From Vicugna vicugna (taxonomy: Eukaryota), in the NCBI GenBank assembly GCA_013265495.1, contig MU061537.1, forward strand, positions 682,001-746,000: a stretch of 64,000 nt of DNA, read 5' to 3'. Positions 38,758-51,948 of the stretch are shown here, in pieces. Made by a program: the position numbers and the translations under genes. A model generated the notes under the pieces. The model saw nothing but the letters and a program-made list of their open reading frames with translations. It had not been told where the DNA came from and made no database searches. Numbering within the stretch: the stretch's first letter is position 1; each line of letters opens with the position of its first letter.

Positions 38758-41700
38758 TCAGTCATTCTTACGATGGTTGTTATTGAGGAGAGGGTGGCCA
38801 TTAGCTAGGGGCCGGCTCTTTGCTCCTCCCCCGGCTGCAGCCTCCTCCCCCTCCGAGCTCTCTGTCTCTTCCCGGTCACTGCGTTCGTCTTCTACCAGCT
38901 GTGGAAAGGGTGGAAAGGGTTACAAACCCCCACGGACTGGCTCTATATATACTTTTTCCAGCTGTACCCAGAGCCCCACCGTAGTTTTTAGAGGGTTGCT
39001 GGTATGGGCAGGAATTTGGGCAGTTTCTGGAGTGGAGGGTAGTAGGGCCCACAAAATACGGAGACAGCCTTTACCTTTCCAGTTACGAACTTGTGGGCCA
39101 TGCGCAGGATGAAGTAGGCCCAGAAGATATGCAGCAGCTGCAGCACTCCCATCATGAAATTGAAGAAGTAGTAGCCAAAGAAGGCGGGGTAGAGCTCCAG
39201 TGGGTACACCACAGTGCAGTGCAGGATCCTAGGATGGGAAGGGAGAGACCAGAGCTGTGAACACAGCAAGGAGGGGGTTAAGTGGAGAACAGATAAATAG
39301 GGAAGAGGGGGCAAGACTCCTGATTCCTTGAGAACCAGAGTACAGTCTGGCCACCTACTCACCAGAAGGGCAGGATGACCAGGCGGGTGATGATGAAGAC
39401 AATGGCGAAGACGATGAAGATGTTGTTGCAGGTGTTTTTCCATCCCGCGTAGTTAAACATCTTGGCTGACTGCATAGATAGCCCCCACCTGTCATCATGG
39501 GCTCCTGACTCTCCCAGTCACATGTACAGCCCGTTACCACACTGGTTCTGTGCTGCCCACCGCCTTGGTCCCTGGAATGTGGAACCCCCCACCACCCCAA
39601 ATCAAGGATAGAGGAACAGAGAACCTGCACCAGGGTCTCTAGGTGAGAAGAAATGCCCAGGGAGCCTGACCTCTAGCAGGTAGTCAGAAGAGTCATGCAG
39701 AGCCATGATGAGAGTCCCTGCTCGGACATAATTGGCAAACCAGGAGAAGCTGATGAGGATGATGGTGGCCACATGGTGGATGATCTGTTCCTTGAAATCC
39801 TGTAGAAAAGATGGTCTCCTGAGGACTTTTTCCTGTTTCCTAGCCCCCACTATTCTTTTTCCTCCCCCTCACTGTTAGTTCCACTTATCCCACAACTCCA
39901 TCCAAAGCACCCAGAAGTCAAGGGGAAGGCTGTTCATCCCAGGGCTTCATTTGGGCTCCTAGGCTTAATGGCACAGTCTCTTGACCTACCTTTCGCTTGA
40001 CATCAGAGGCAATGCTGAAGAGCAGGGACCAGTAGAAAGAGAGTTCAATCATGTAGTACCAATACTGGGAAGGGATGGTGCTCTGGGAGAGAGGAAAGAG
40101 AAAGGTAAGGGACACCAGAGCAACTGGACGCAAGAGTCTCACCTCTCCAAACCCAGCCCTCTGGCCCCCGAGTTTGTGTTTAGCATCGTGTTATGACTCC
40201 AGTCCCTTCTGCCGCGTGTTCTGGAGATGCTCTCTTCACGAGGATGTGTATGTCCTAATCCTCTCCTACAGCGATTCTCTTAAATCCCCCCTTGTAAGGA
40301 ATCAGGACCCATCTCGTACCTGTATGGGATATCCCTCCCAAACTTTCCTCATGTCATAGAACCAAGGTTTCTGCAAAGAGATGGTGAGAGGTTAAAAGAG
40401 AAGGGACCCAAATTCTGTGACCTCACCCCACCCTGCCAGAGAACCTACTCCCACCTCCCAGTAACCCCCACTCACGTCAACAATAACGGCCATGCCCACA
40501 ATAAAAGCGATCAGGTAAAATGTGAATCTCCAGCTGGAAGAGGAAGCAGAAATGGCTGGGAGAGTGGGGTGGGAGAACCGCACAGCCCTGCAACCAGCCC
40601 CCAGGTACACCTCCCCAGATTCCCACCTTTCCCTCCTCACCTGGGTGCAGTCTCTGCATAGAGCCACGGCCCACCCCTCCCAGGAGGACACATCAGACTT
40701 TACTCTGCCACCCAGCTTCTCTGGCCCCAACCTCCCCTACCTCGCTTCTCGGAACTTCTTGAGGAGACTGGGCCGGTCCTGGTTGCGGCGGCGGCGGAAC
40801 CAGCGCTCCACCTGGCGGCCAGAGAGCCCGCTCTGCCGCGACAGAAGGTCCACCTCCGCCTGGGCGCAGTGAAGAAGCCCATTACGATCGGCTTCAGAAC
40901 TCAGCAGCACCCACCCTCCACCCTCTACCAGTGATGACCCAAGTCAGGCCTGCTGTCGTCCCATCTCTTCACCCGCCAGAGCTGGCCTTCCAACCCCATC
41001 CCCTGCCCACTGCCCACCGGAACCCGGTAACTCCCAGACCAGAGTCTGCGGCTCACACCTGTTTGGGCTGCTTGCCGCTGGTCACGTAGAAATGCTCCAG
41101 AATGGGGTTGGAAGGTGCCCGCAGCCGAGTTTTCTCCTTTACGTTCAGGAGGGCAGCCAGCGGTGTAGCCACGTAACTGGGGGAGGGATGTGAGTGACAA
41201 ATGTCTGGCTCTCTTGAAGCACCACAGTCTCCCGGTAGCTTCTAAGCGGGGTCGGGGGCGGGCAGGGCACAACAAACTGCAAGCTCAGGCAACTATTCCT
41301 GGGCCTCAGTTTCCCGGCAGGCCCTTCTCTGGCTCCCTTGGGCTGCCCATGGCTGACAAAGCTGTCTGTGTTCACTAGTGACCAGGCGGGGTAGAGGGTG
41401 AGAACAAATAACCATTGAAGGAAAGGGCCTGGGGGTGCTGAGCCCTCAGAAAGACAATGCTGCCTTCAGTGGGGGGCACAGAGTAGGCTGGGACCTGGGT
41501 GGTGAGAATACCAGGGTCCAGGACCAATTAAACAGAGACAGACTTGAAGTACAAGAAACTGTGTGGCTGGCACCCACGGAAGGCATAGGGGCGGGTCGGT
41601 ATGCTCACAGCTCAAAGAAGTATCGAACGATGAGGAAGAGCAAGGCCAGGGGTAGTGTGATGTAGAGGTCTGAGGCTTTGGCATAGACACGTCCATCTCG

Positions 41701-41781
41701 GTCTTCTAGATCAGCCCAGGTTAAGTTCGCAGGCAGCCACAGCCGTTCCCACCAGAAGTAGTCATACAAGGTCTGGAGCAT
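38758..41781 (-). CDS. CERS2: Ceramide synthase 2 (Hox-like plus TLC/Lag1 domain), 380 aa, 10 coding exons
   Basis: complement(join(38758-38898,39075-39228,39363-39469,39671-39799,39990-40082,40320-40370,40476-40533,40741-40859,41059-41176,41609-41781)) = 1143 nt, all GT-AG. Reads [17 protein letters not shown]..., Lag1 motif [11 protein letters not shown]...[10 protein letters not shown], ends NNNHRKND*. Confidence 0.97.
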
Positions 41782-44700
41782 CCTGAGGGAGGAGGGAAAG
41801 GTGGAGCGTATCAAAGAGGGCAGCAAGAGGGGAAGAGACAGATGAAGGTCTTCATGGTATAGCAAAAAGAACAGGGGCAAAGACGCAAGCCCTGGATTCT
41901 GGTCCTGGCCATGTAGGCAAATCAGTTTCCTCACCTACAATAAAGTGGCTTTCCAGTCTAACATTTACTATTTACATCAACCAAAGGTGACGCTAACACT
42001 ACCACCACCCCCCACCACCCCCACCTGTTTCCCTAGATTTAACAACCCGGGGGTCTCCCCATCATTTTGCTGTCCTCACATGGAGGACAGACAGGATCTT
42101 GCCCTAGATGCTATAGACAATAAATCTCAAGTCAGAGGCACCCTCTCCCCACTACTCTCCAGCCACCCCTGTTATCCCCCAAGCCAACCTATAAATGGAA
42201 GCTCCCTTGCCAGGGAAGCCCAAAAACAGGTTGCAGGGCTGGGGCAAGCCCTTCCTCCTTCTTCCTTACAACCCAGCGGGGCAGCAGGTCCTAGGGAAAA
42301 TTGAGAGGCCAGAGTATTATGCCCCCAAACAATGCTGAGCTCCAAGATAATCGATGGACATCAAACTCCTGCACACAAGATTAACACATATGCCAAGCCA
42401 TCCAGTCCCTACACATCAGGCAGAAGAACCCTGTCTGAAGCCTCTTCTCAGAAACAAAATGAAGGCTAGGCTGCCGAAAGTCAGGGATTGGGAGACAGAA
42501 AATCGAGACAGCGACTAAGACATCTGGTGGAATTAGGAGCTATTTCTTATTAAGGCTCATCTGGAAAGTATGATACTAGCCTGCGGGGGAACACCTGTCA
42601 CAAATACCTGCAGCCCAGGAAAGAGCGGCTGCTTTCCCCAGCCTCTGCCTTCCCTCCACTGCAAGACAAAGGCTCTACAGGGTGGTAGCAACCACTTAAA
42701 CACTCAAATGAGGGAGGGGATGGTGTAGGGCTCATGTGGAGTTAGCAGCTGCTTGGGGCTGAAAGAAGCAGCAAGGATGAAGATTCAGTGATGCTGAAAC
42801 CAGCACAACACCTGGCAGTCCTGGGACTCAGAGTGAACCCAGGATGATGGCAAGGGCGGTACCTTCCAGGCTCCCTACCCTTCATCCTCCCGGGAGGATA
42901 GATGAATGGTATCCAGACTGGCCTTGAGACTAAAAGCTGACACGGAAGAAAGGTGGTCCTCTCCCAGCCAGGGAGGACAGAGACTGAGGAGATCATTTTC
43001 TGCTGTGAACTGGAGACCAAGTGGTGCCGCTCTCCGGCTGAAGGTTGATCAGATCACAGCTGAGCTGGGCTGGTTCTCCGGCCCTGCTCCTCAGACAGCT
43101 CCGCCTCCACCCACCGCAGAAGCACTTGCGAAATCCCTCTCAGCCTGTCACGGGTCAGTATTCCAGCTCAAGGACTTTACCCTCTTGTCCCCACTCCTGG
43201 TCACTGCTCTCGGATGAAATCAGAGGTCAGCACTGACAGTGAAGGAGCTTCAGCTCCACCTTCCCCCAGTAACACACACACACATTCCAGGCCTCAGCTC
43301 CCGAGGGCACTGCCCCTACCCCCTCCACCTTAGCCAGAATAAATATTTAATTAGTTAAAGAGATGGAAGCCTTTTGAACCGAACAAAATTAAACATAATT
43401 ATCCACAGAACTCTCTCCAAACAACCATGTACAAACATACACTTTTTTCCTAGAGAAAAGTTATAGAAAATCTAGTAGAGAAGGGACCAGGCAGAATGCC
43501 TGGATGTGGTGGCACACCTCTGGCTCTTCCTTTCCACCTTTTTTCCTTAGCCTGACTGGAGGTGAGGAAATAAACCTTGAACCAGTCACCTGACTGCTAT
43601 GTCTCCTTGTAGTTCAACCTGTCCTCCACTGAGGTCTAAAGTCAAGGCTACTGACAGGGCTAGAAGTTGGGTCCCATCCCCACCCTGGTCAGTGGGAACC
43701 TGCACATTAGTATCTCTTGTCACTGATACTTTGAGGATTAAAGATTCAGAGAGCTGGCGGGGGTCCTGGAGGGTACAAGCAGAGTCCCTGTCCCTGACTC
43801 CTGGGGCCCAGGAATGTCTTACGCCAGTCTGATCCCTACACAAAGAAGGTGAGGAGCTGGGGAACTGGCAGAGAAACTGCCAAAGAGATGGTCAAGGGCA
43901 AGCGCCTGGATAGCGCAACTATCTCAACCCCCGGACGAGACAGCACCTGCCCTCCTCCTGCTCCACGCAGGGAGAGTGGAAGATAGCGTGAGCATGATGG
44001 GTCTGGAGTTCAGAAATGTAGGTTAATGCGGGCGCTCTCACACCTGGGTTTCAGGCTTTCTGCGCCCACAGTCCTCCTGCGCTGCCTACTGCCTCCATTA
44101 GCAGAGACGCAGCTACCCCGTCCCCGCCTCCCTGGCCCCAGGGCTGAGCCCAGCAGAGGGAGGCACCAGATTTGGCAGGGTCAGGACTTCTGACTTAACG
44201 TAGAGGGGGAGGGAAGGCAACAGGGGCTCCTAGCTGGCCTCACTTACACACCCCGAAGAACAGAACGTGCGAGTCTGCTCCCAGGGGCATCCCTGGCGGC
44301 TGCCTGGTACCAGCACACCAAGCCAAGCAAGGGATCCTATAAGCAAAAGGCTGGGGCAGAAAAGGGGGATGTGCCCTCGGGATAGGGAGACAATTTGGCT
44401 TTTCTTGGGGCATGCTGGCCCTCTGGACAGGTATTTGATTTTCTGGTGGAGAAAACCACACTTATATTTTTCCAATCATAGGATTTACTCCCCACCACAC
44501 ATGAAGAGACAATTGGGTGTGTGAATATGTACGTCTTTCTCACACACACCCCACCACACACACCTGCCTCAGAGAGGCAGACACCACTTTCTGGGACAAG
44601 GCTGGAGAGGGGCCAGCAGAGCAAGGATTTCATGGGCATTGGATTACCAGGAACTTGAACAGGGCTCTGCCTAGTCCCCACCTTTTGCCCCAACCCTGAC

Positions 44701-45899
44701 AGACCCATCCCAGACCCTCAGAGTTGAAAAGGGGCAGGGGGTTCTCCTGGGGGCTTGTAGACCAGAGAACTGGGAGGGAAGAAGTTTGAGTCTGTGAGGA
44801 AGGGATCTCACAGACTCAATGTGATAACAGTAACAGTGGCTCTCAGAATTTGCAGGAATAATTGAGGAAAATATAGTTAGATCAGCAAGGAAGGAGACAG
44901 TGACAAAGAGAGGGTCCCACAGGATGTCAGCTTCCACTGAAGCCTGGGGGACACAAAAAAAGAAGTAGAAGAGGACCTGAATAGTCCTCCTCGTTGAAAA
45001 CTTTTCCAGGCAGCAACAGCGAGTTAGGAACAGGCTGCAAGCAATGGATGCAGCCAAGAAGAGGTGGGTCATTGCTCCAGGCTGCAGTATAGGTCCCAAA
45101 ATTTAGTTTTTTTTTTGGGGGGGGTGCCCCACCAGAGGCCCTAACACACCCCAATACTGCATAAGACTACAGCCCCCAGGAGCAGGGAAAGGGTGGCAGG
45201 TTGAAGAGGGGGTGGTGCTGAAACCGTAAAGGGTTAGCCAGCCTGTGGCCAGTGACGGAAGAGCGGAGGCCCTTTCTCCCAGGGGGAAAGCTGGCCAGAG
45301 GCCCCAGTGAAGGGAGTGGACTGTGGGTACCAAGGAAGACAAGGAACTCTCTTCAGGACATTAGAGTCCGTGCAGTGCACTGCATGATTAGGGCCAGGCC
45401 CTGAGGGAGGAGGCTGCTGACAAGTCCTTACCCTTAGAAGCCCCATCGCAAGTGCAGTCAGCCACCCACATTAGGCCCAGTCACCTGGACTCTGGTATGG
45501 GACAGTGACCCCTCCAACACAGATGTAGGAGTGACTGTCTGCTGGAGGCCTTCCCTGATTCAATGCCCTGGGAAGAAGGGCTCACTCCGTTCCTCAGGAT
45601 CCTCAGAACCCTCTGAGTTTTGGACTTGGCAGCTCAGGTGATTGAGACCAGATTTTGATACCAAGAGCCTGGACTGGGGAGAAAATGAATCCCCAAGCTC
45701 AGGCCAAATATTAGTACCACACACCTGCAATTAACCTACTTGCCGGAGAGCCTCTGAGCCAGTAATTAACTAGGTGAAGCCCAGAAAACCAGTTTCACCA
45801 GCATCCTCCCCCCGCACCCCAACCCCCGCCCTCACTCCATAACGGTATAGGATCCTTAGCCTTGGGGGACCGGGACAGACACTCAGAGCCACTCCTTCC

Positions 45900-47300
45900 T
45901 GTTTCCCGTTAAGCACATGGACGCTCTGACCGCCCTCCCGGAGTGGGCACAGTGGGCGGGTAAGAAAAAGCGGCAAGACCCTCCACTCTCCTCCCACTCT
46001 CGCCACGGGCTGTCTGGGCCAGGGGCCCCGCTGCGAGCCGGCTGCCAGGCAGGGGGCTCTCGCGCAGGTGGCCACCGGGCTTGTCCACTCCCCAACAAAG
46101 GGGCGCCTGGGGCTCGGCCGTCCGCGAGCAGCCCCCGCGCCCGCACCTCCCGGCCCCTACCTGTTGTCCACCAGGGCTCCTCTGGGCTCGGGGCGGCGCG
46201 CCCGAGGACGCCCCCGCGCCTGGCCAGCCTGCCCCGGGGCGGCGCTGGGGGCCGGCCGCTCCCGCACGGCGCTCCGGCCCGCCCACTCTCCCTCCCCCGC
46301 CGGGCCCTGTGCGCGGAGCCGCGTCCGCGCGGCCCCCAGTCCTCCCAACTTTTCCGCGCCGCGTCCCGCCCCGCCCCTGCGCGCGGCGCCCCGGGGCCCC
46401 GGAGCGGGGGTCCCTACTCACTCGGCGGCGGCGGCGGCGGCGGCGTCGCGGAGCTGGCCGGGCCGGGCGCCGCTGCTCCGTCTCTGCTCTGGTCCGAGCT
46501 CCGGGCCCCCTCCGGACTGGCTCCGCTCGCTCCTCTCCTCCCCCTTCCGCCCGCCCGCCTGCCCGCTCCCTCCCTCCTTCCTCCTCCTCCCGCCGCCCGC
46601 CGAGCCCGGCCGAGCCGAACGCGAGCCCAGCCAGCCCCGGAAAGAAAGGCCGCGAGCAACACCGGAGCCGGGAGTCTGGGCGTGGGCCTGCGGCCCGGCG
46701 ACGGAAGGAGAGACGAGGGCAGGCGGCGGGGCCTGCCGCCGCCCCCTTCCCGGCCCAGGGCGGGCGGCTGAGCCCCGGGACTCGAGCCCTCGCGGCGCCC
46801 GGCACTGGAAACACGGCACCGAGGGGAGAAGCCCCCGATGAGGGCTGGCAGTGTGGGGGGCTCTCCCAGCCTCAGGTCTCTCCGTTAGAGATGCGATGTA
46901 GTCTTCGGGGGACCCAGGACAGACCGGCTTGGTGCCCGAGGACCCGGGACGCGGAGCGGTCGGGCCCCCGCCTCATCCCACCCGCCTCTGAATGCGGTCC
47001 TCGACCTCCCCCCAGCTGCGGCCCCCAGGTCCCTCTGCCCGACCCATTGCCACACTTCCCACCGCCTGGCCCCCTGGGCAGCGGAGGGAGGAGGGCGCCC
47101 CGGCTCCCGACGGGCGCAGCCCCGGGGAGTTCTTCCCAAGTGTCGCGCGTCGAGGCCGAGCGCCTCTCCAGGGCCGACCCAGGCAGCCGACCTTCCGAGC
47201 GCAGAGCCGGCGACCCCTAGGGCGACCCCCACCCCAGCCCCGCCGTAAAACCCACAGCGTTTCCACCCAAGTGCTGTAAAACCGACCCCAGAGGCACGTG
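45900..47300 (-). promoter_or_regulatory. CERS2: CERS2 CpG-island promoter with non-coding exon 1 (donor at 46422/46421)
   Basis: Very GC/CpG-rich with several GC boxes; minus-strand donor ccga|gtgagt directly after a (CCG)7 run. Confidence 0.85.
46423..46443. repeat. (CGG)7 trinucleotide repeat
   Basis: Seen directly. Confidence 0.95.
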
Positions 47301-49884
47301 TTCCCTACCGTAGTAGACCCTGAAAGAGCCCACCCCCAACTTTTGTTGTGTTGAATGTATTTGCTTTCGATCTAGACTTTGGTTATCCGTATTCAAATTC
47401 ATATTAAAAATGTTTTTTCCTTAGTCTGGTAAAACTGATGTTTCAGGAAGATGCAACATGTTTATCTTAGAAAACTGGCCTGGATTCCTAGCGTGGACAG
47501 AGTGTGACTAAAACGTGTTGGAGGGCTTGCTTAGAGAGCGCCGGCCAGGTAGGGGTAACTTAATTTTTCACCTTGATGAAATGTTGGCGTTCTTACACTG
47601 TCACGGTTAGAACCTCTGACAGTAGCTTGTTTCAAGGTTTATCTAGTCAAGTTCAGGTCCTTTGACAGTTCTCTTAAGAATGTGACCTCCCACCAATCCA
47701 GTTTGAGAGCTTGGCCCTCACTTAAGGCTTTTTCTGGAAAGGTAGAAACGCAGAAGTTGACTGACTTCCAAACTTCTCTTTTGCTCTTTGCAGTGGATCC
47801 CCCAGCCCAGGCCTACCACCAGGGAAATAAAACTCGTTTGCCCATCCTCTGGCCCCTGGCACCCTCAACTAGTCCCCAGAGGCGTCTTCAGCCTTTTTCA
47901 GCCCCAGACCTGCCTGATTTCCCAGTTCCCAGCAACCCCTCCAGCCCTTTGCTCCTTTGCCCCAGGCCGAACTCCTCCTTTATGAACATATCTTTCTACC
48001 CCTTTATTAGTCCCCTTCCCTCAGCCTTCCAAATTCCCTCTACTTTTCTTGAGTGCCCTCCCCAGATGTCCTCTACCAGCAGGATTCCAGTGTCTCCTCT
48101 TTGGACCCTGCTAACCTTTGGGTAACTCTCTGCCTCCTCCCTATGTCTGTCCTACCTGGCTCCCCTCCTTTAGTTTCTGAGCCCTTTTCTCAGTTTTCCT
48201 AGAGGCCAGGCTTTCCCAAGGTCCCCACCAGGCTTTTCAAATGACTCCTCAGAAGACTGAAAACCAGTTAACTTTTTTGTAACATAGCTGTGGGGAGGGG
48301 AAGTTTGGAGCAGAAGCTCAATAGTCAAGGCCTGAAAAATAAAGATAAGAGGGTGTAGCCCTCCAGGAAACAAAGAAGATGGATGGAGCAGGGGAAACTG
48401 GGCCTCAGACAACTTTAGAATGATGCCACCAGTGTAGGAAGATGCACACACACACTCACTCTGCCTAGCTTGGACCAGGAGGTCATGATCACCGGCCTTC
48501 TGACCATCCCCCACCACCCTGGGCTGGCACGGCCACACCCACAGTGCCCCAAGCTGCCTGTGTAGCCCTGACTCACTTCCTCTGTATGGGCTGCTGAGGT
48601 GTCTAGGAGGCAGAGGACACTAACAGGCCTTCAGCCTGTGATTTAGGTACCGGGGCAGCCTTCGGGGATGTGCAAAGACAAGGACCCAGCTGTGGAAAGT
48701 GAGTCTTGGTCTTCCCAGGTCAGGCTGGCTCGTGCAACACAGAAGCCTGTTTGGGTAAAAGAGTAGAGCTTGGCTAGTACAAAAGCAGAGGGACTGAGGT
48801 GCCAGGAATTATGAGGAGAAAAAGTTTCATAACAAGAGGAAATATAGATGGGGGGGTTCTATATATTCTAAAATCATGCAATGCAGAGTATTTGCAGAAA
48901 AGCAATATGAACTTAGAGTTCAACAAGTTTTCATGAGTCAACAGCTGAGTCTCCATTTACTACTGCTTGTCCTCCTGTATTCCACTAAGAGGAACCCCAA
49001 GTCAGCCACGCCCTCCTCTGAGTGACAAGGAAAACATTAAGAAGTTAGGAGACCTGGATTCTGGCTTCAACACCATGGCCTTTGGAAGTCACTCAGCCTC
49101 CTTGAGTCAGTAACAAGAGGGTGGTAGACCAGGTCATCCCTAAGCTCTCCTCCAACTCAGAACTTCTAAAATTTAGAGCATAGGGGTGGAAGGTGATTTA
49201 GTAAATCTGAAAACAACCTCAGTCTGGCCCTAGAATTGAACAAAACAAAATCCAGGGACAAAAGGAGTGAGATTCCACCAGTTTCAGTGGAGGCTTTGTA
49301 AAGGCATCAAACACAATCCTCACACTCCTAGACAACCAGGACTACTCTTCTGCCTTCTCCAAATTCAGGATTCAGCCTTGCAGTTCAGCCAGCAGTCCCT
49401 TGCAGAGGTTTGGGCTAGGGAAACAAGAGCCCTCTCTCTCCTTTCATTTCCCCCTGAGCCTGCTTGGAACATGTGCCCAAGAAGACACTCTAACAGGTGC
49501 AGAAAGCCAGAGGCAGGGAACCCTGGCTGTGGAGCCACTGTACTGAAGTAACCCAGCCTAGAAAGTCATCGTGTGTCCTGAGGTCTGTCTCAGTGGGGTC
49601 CCTTGAGTAGAGGTCTACCTGCGGCTTTTCCCCTGGCCCTGCCTGCCCACCAAGCCCACTGGGAACCTCAGGAAATCGCGCTTGCCAGCAAGTAGGCCCC
49701 TTGATATCTGCGGGTGGAGCCAGAGTCTGGGAGACCTCAAGTGGCCACCAGGGGGCTCGGGGCCCTTTCTCAGTGTTTTCTGATGCTCTCTTGTGGCCAG
49801 GTTGGGAATTGGCAAGAACAAAGTTACAGAAGAGAGCCAAGATTGGAATTCTTAAGGAGGCACTAATAATAGTTATCAGTATAA

Positions 49885-50160
49885 AATAACATTATAACAA
49901 TACTTATTATAACATAGTGGTTACCATTTTGACATGTGTACTTACCATTTCTATACCCAGCCACTCTTCTAAAGTGCTTTACATGTATTGATTTATTTAA
50001 TTCTCACAATAGCCTATAATATGAACACTGTTACTATCCCCATTTTGACAAGGAGGAAACTGAGCACAGAAAGGTTGAGGTAGTTGCGAACGTCACACAG
50101 CAGACCAGAATTCTGAGTCTAAGGAGTCTGGCTCCAGCACTTTTGCTTTTAATCACTGTA
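49885..50160 (-). mobile_element. MIR SINE
   Basis: 'gtgctttacatgtatt...tttaattctcacaa...tatccccatttt...gaggaaactgag...gtctggctccag'. Confidence 0.8.
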
Positions 50161-51948
50161 CTGAATCTGAGTCCCTTTTTTCAGGTTGCCAGGTAAAATG
50201 CAGGAAAGCCAGTGAGGACCTTCCCAGGATGGGAGCATGGTAGAGGAGAGCAGACCACTCTCCGGCCTCTGCCCAGCCCCCACCCAACCTGTCTAGGGAG
50301 GCAGAAAGGAGACCGCTCCCAGGCCCTAGGGAGCTGGCTGTGAGGTCTGAATAATCACCTCCTCAGGGGCCCCTCGAGGCTCCCCAAGACTGTTCACCTG
50401 CTGTTCTCTGCACTGACAGCCTCCAGCCCAGCTGCTGGGTTTGTATCACCCGCAGCTAAACAGCACTAGCAGCCAAAAGGCAGCAGAAGGAGTCCGAGAC
50501 ACAGGGACCCAGGGAGCCTCCTTCATCTCCCTGTTGCTGCCTTTGGGGAGCGTGGCGCTTCTGTCTGCAGGGAACACCCTTGCGTTTTTCTCTCTTGGCC
50601 GCGGATCAGCTCCCACTTCCGGAATACCTGTGCCCTTCCTTCCCCAAAGGTATCACCCTCCCCACCCTACCACTCTTTTCCACCCACTTCCACTCTAATA
50701 AAGCAATAGTCAAGGGAGTTCCTGGGCCAGGACCCCCTCCGGGGTACAGGCTGGGGTGCCCTGCTGGTATGCGCCCCAACAGGTTTTTTTCTATCAGCCT
50801 TGAAATCACCCTGGAGCCTGTGTGACCTGCCCCCTAGGGAGCTAGAGTCAGAGGCAGTGCCAAGTCAGAAGCTGGACTGAGAGACCGGACTTCTGTGGTC
50901 CCACCTGGCCCCACAGGGAAAGCAACGCACAAAGCCTCCAGTGTCCGGGCCGAGCTGCTGTGAGGCCGGTGGAGTTCCCTTGCGTGGGTTGAGGCCCATT
51001 TCCTGGGAGGAGAGATGCTCAGTAGGTAGGGAGGTGTTTGCCTGTGGGACCCAGTACAGCCTGGTCCTCTCCCACATTTGGGAGGGGCCAGAGCTGGAGA
51101 CAACAGCTGGGCTGGTCTGCTGGCGGGGTCATCTGACTGGCGGTTCAGCTTGAGCCGCACACACACCCTCTCCTGCAGCAGGCCACGCAGGAGCTGGTAT
51201 CCACACGAGGCACACTGCCAGGCTTCGACGGCACCCGCTTCACCGCCAGCAGTTCTGGGTGAGCACTGGACCTGGGCTCTCATGCTGAGGGGATGGGGTG
51301 GGGATTACTTGTTGATCACTTGGGGGAGGGAGAAAGGAGTTTTTCTTTTCTAACATGAGTGCCTGCTCCCTTCTTTAGGTACCCATGTACCCACAAGAAC
51401 ACTTACGCACGTCAGCTAAGAGAGTGCACCTGCTGACCTAAAGCTCCCAGCCAGAGCCTCAGAGGGTGCGAGGCAGACAGCGGAAGACAGCTCTGCAGGC
51501 GGGTGGCAGGGGCTTCCTTGTAGCTGGGACTGCAGGTGCTCCCACCCACATACTTAATCCTGCCACCTCGCCTCACGTCCCCACGCTGCCCCAGGATCAC
51601 CCAGCCAGGCCACGGGCGGAAGGGACGCAGACCTCAGAAGGGGATCATCCACCTCAGACCAAGGCCTGGGGAAACTTGTGACCAGCCCTAGAGTCAGGGG
51701 GGGTTGTATGGTGCTGGTTTTAGCAGATCCCTGGTCAAACCTTGCTTCCTGAAGGAGGGTGAGCGGTGGGGAAGGTGGGGGCTCCCCCCTTACCCTCCAC
51801 TTGGGCTCCCAAACCTGCCAAGCAGGTTGTTCCTTTTTCTGCAACAAGGGCAAAGGGAGGCCTGGGGGTCATAGAGAGACCCAGAGGGGCTGGGACGGTG
51901 CCTTGAGTTGGCTTCTGTTCCCCTCCCTCCGGGGCAGCCAGTCACGTC

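Noticed and set aside
45883..47279. Long overlapping ORFs (up to 379 aa) on both strands
   Set aside because: Low-complexity Pro/Arg/Gly/Ala translations in all frames are expected from a stop-poor CpG island; no recognisable domain.
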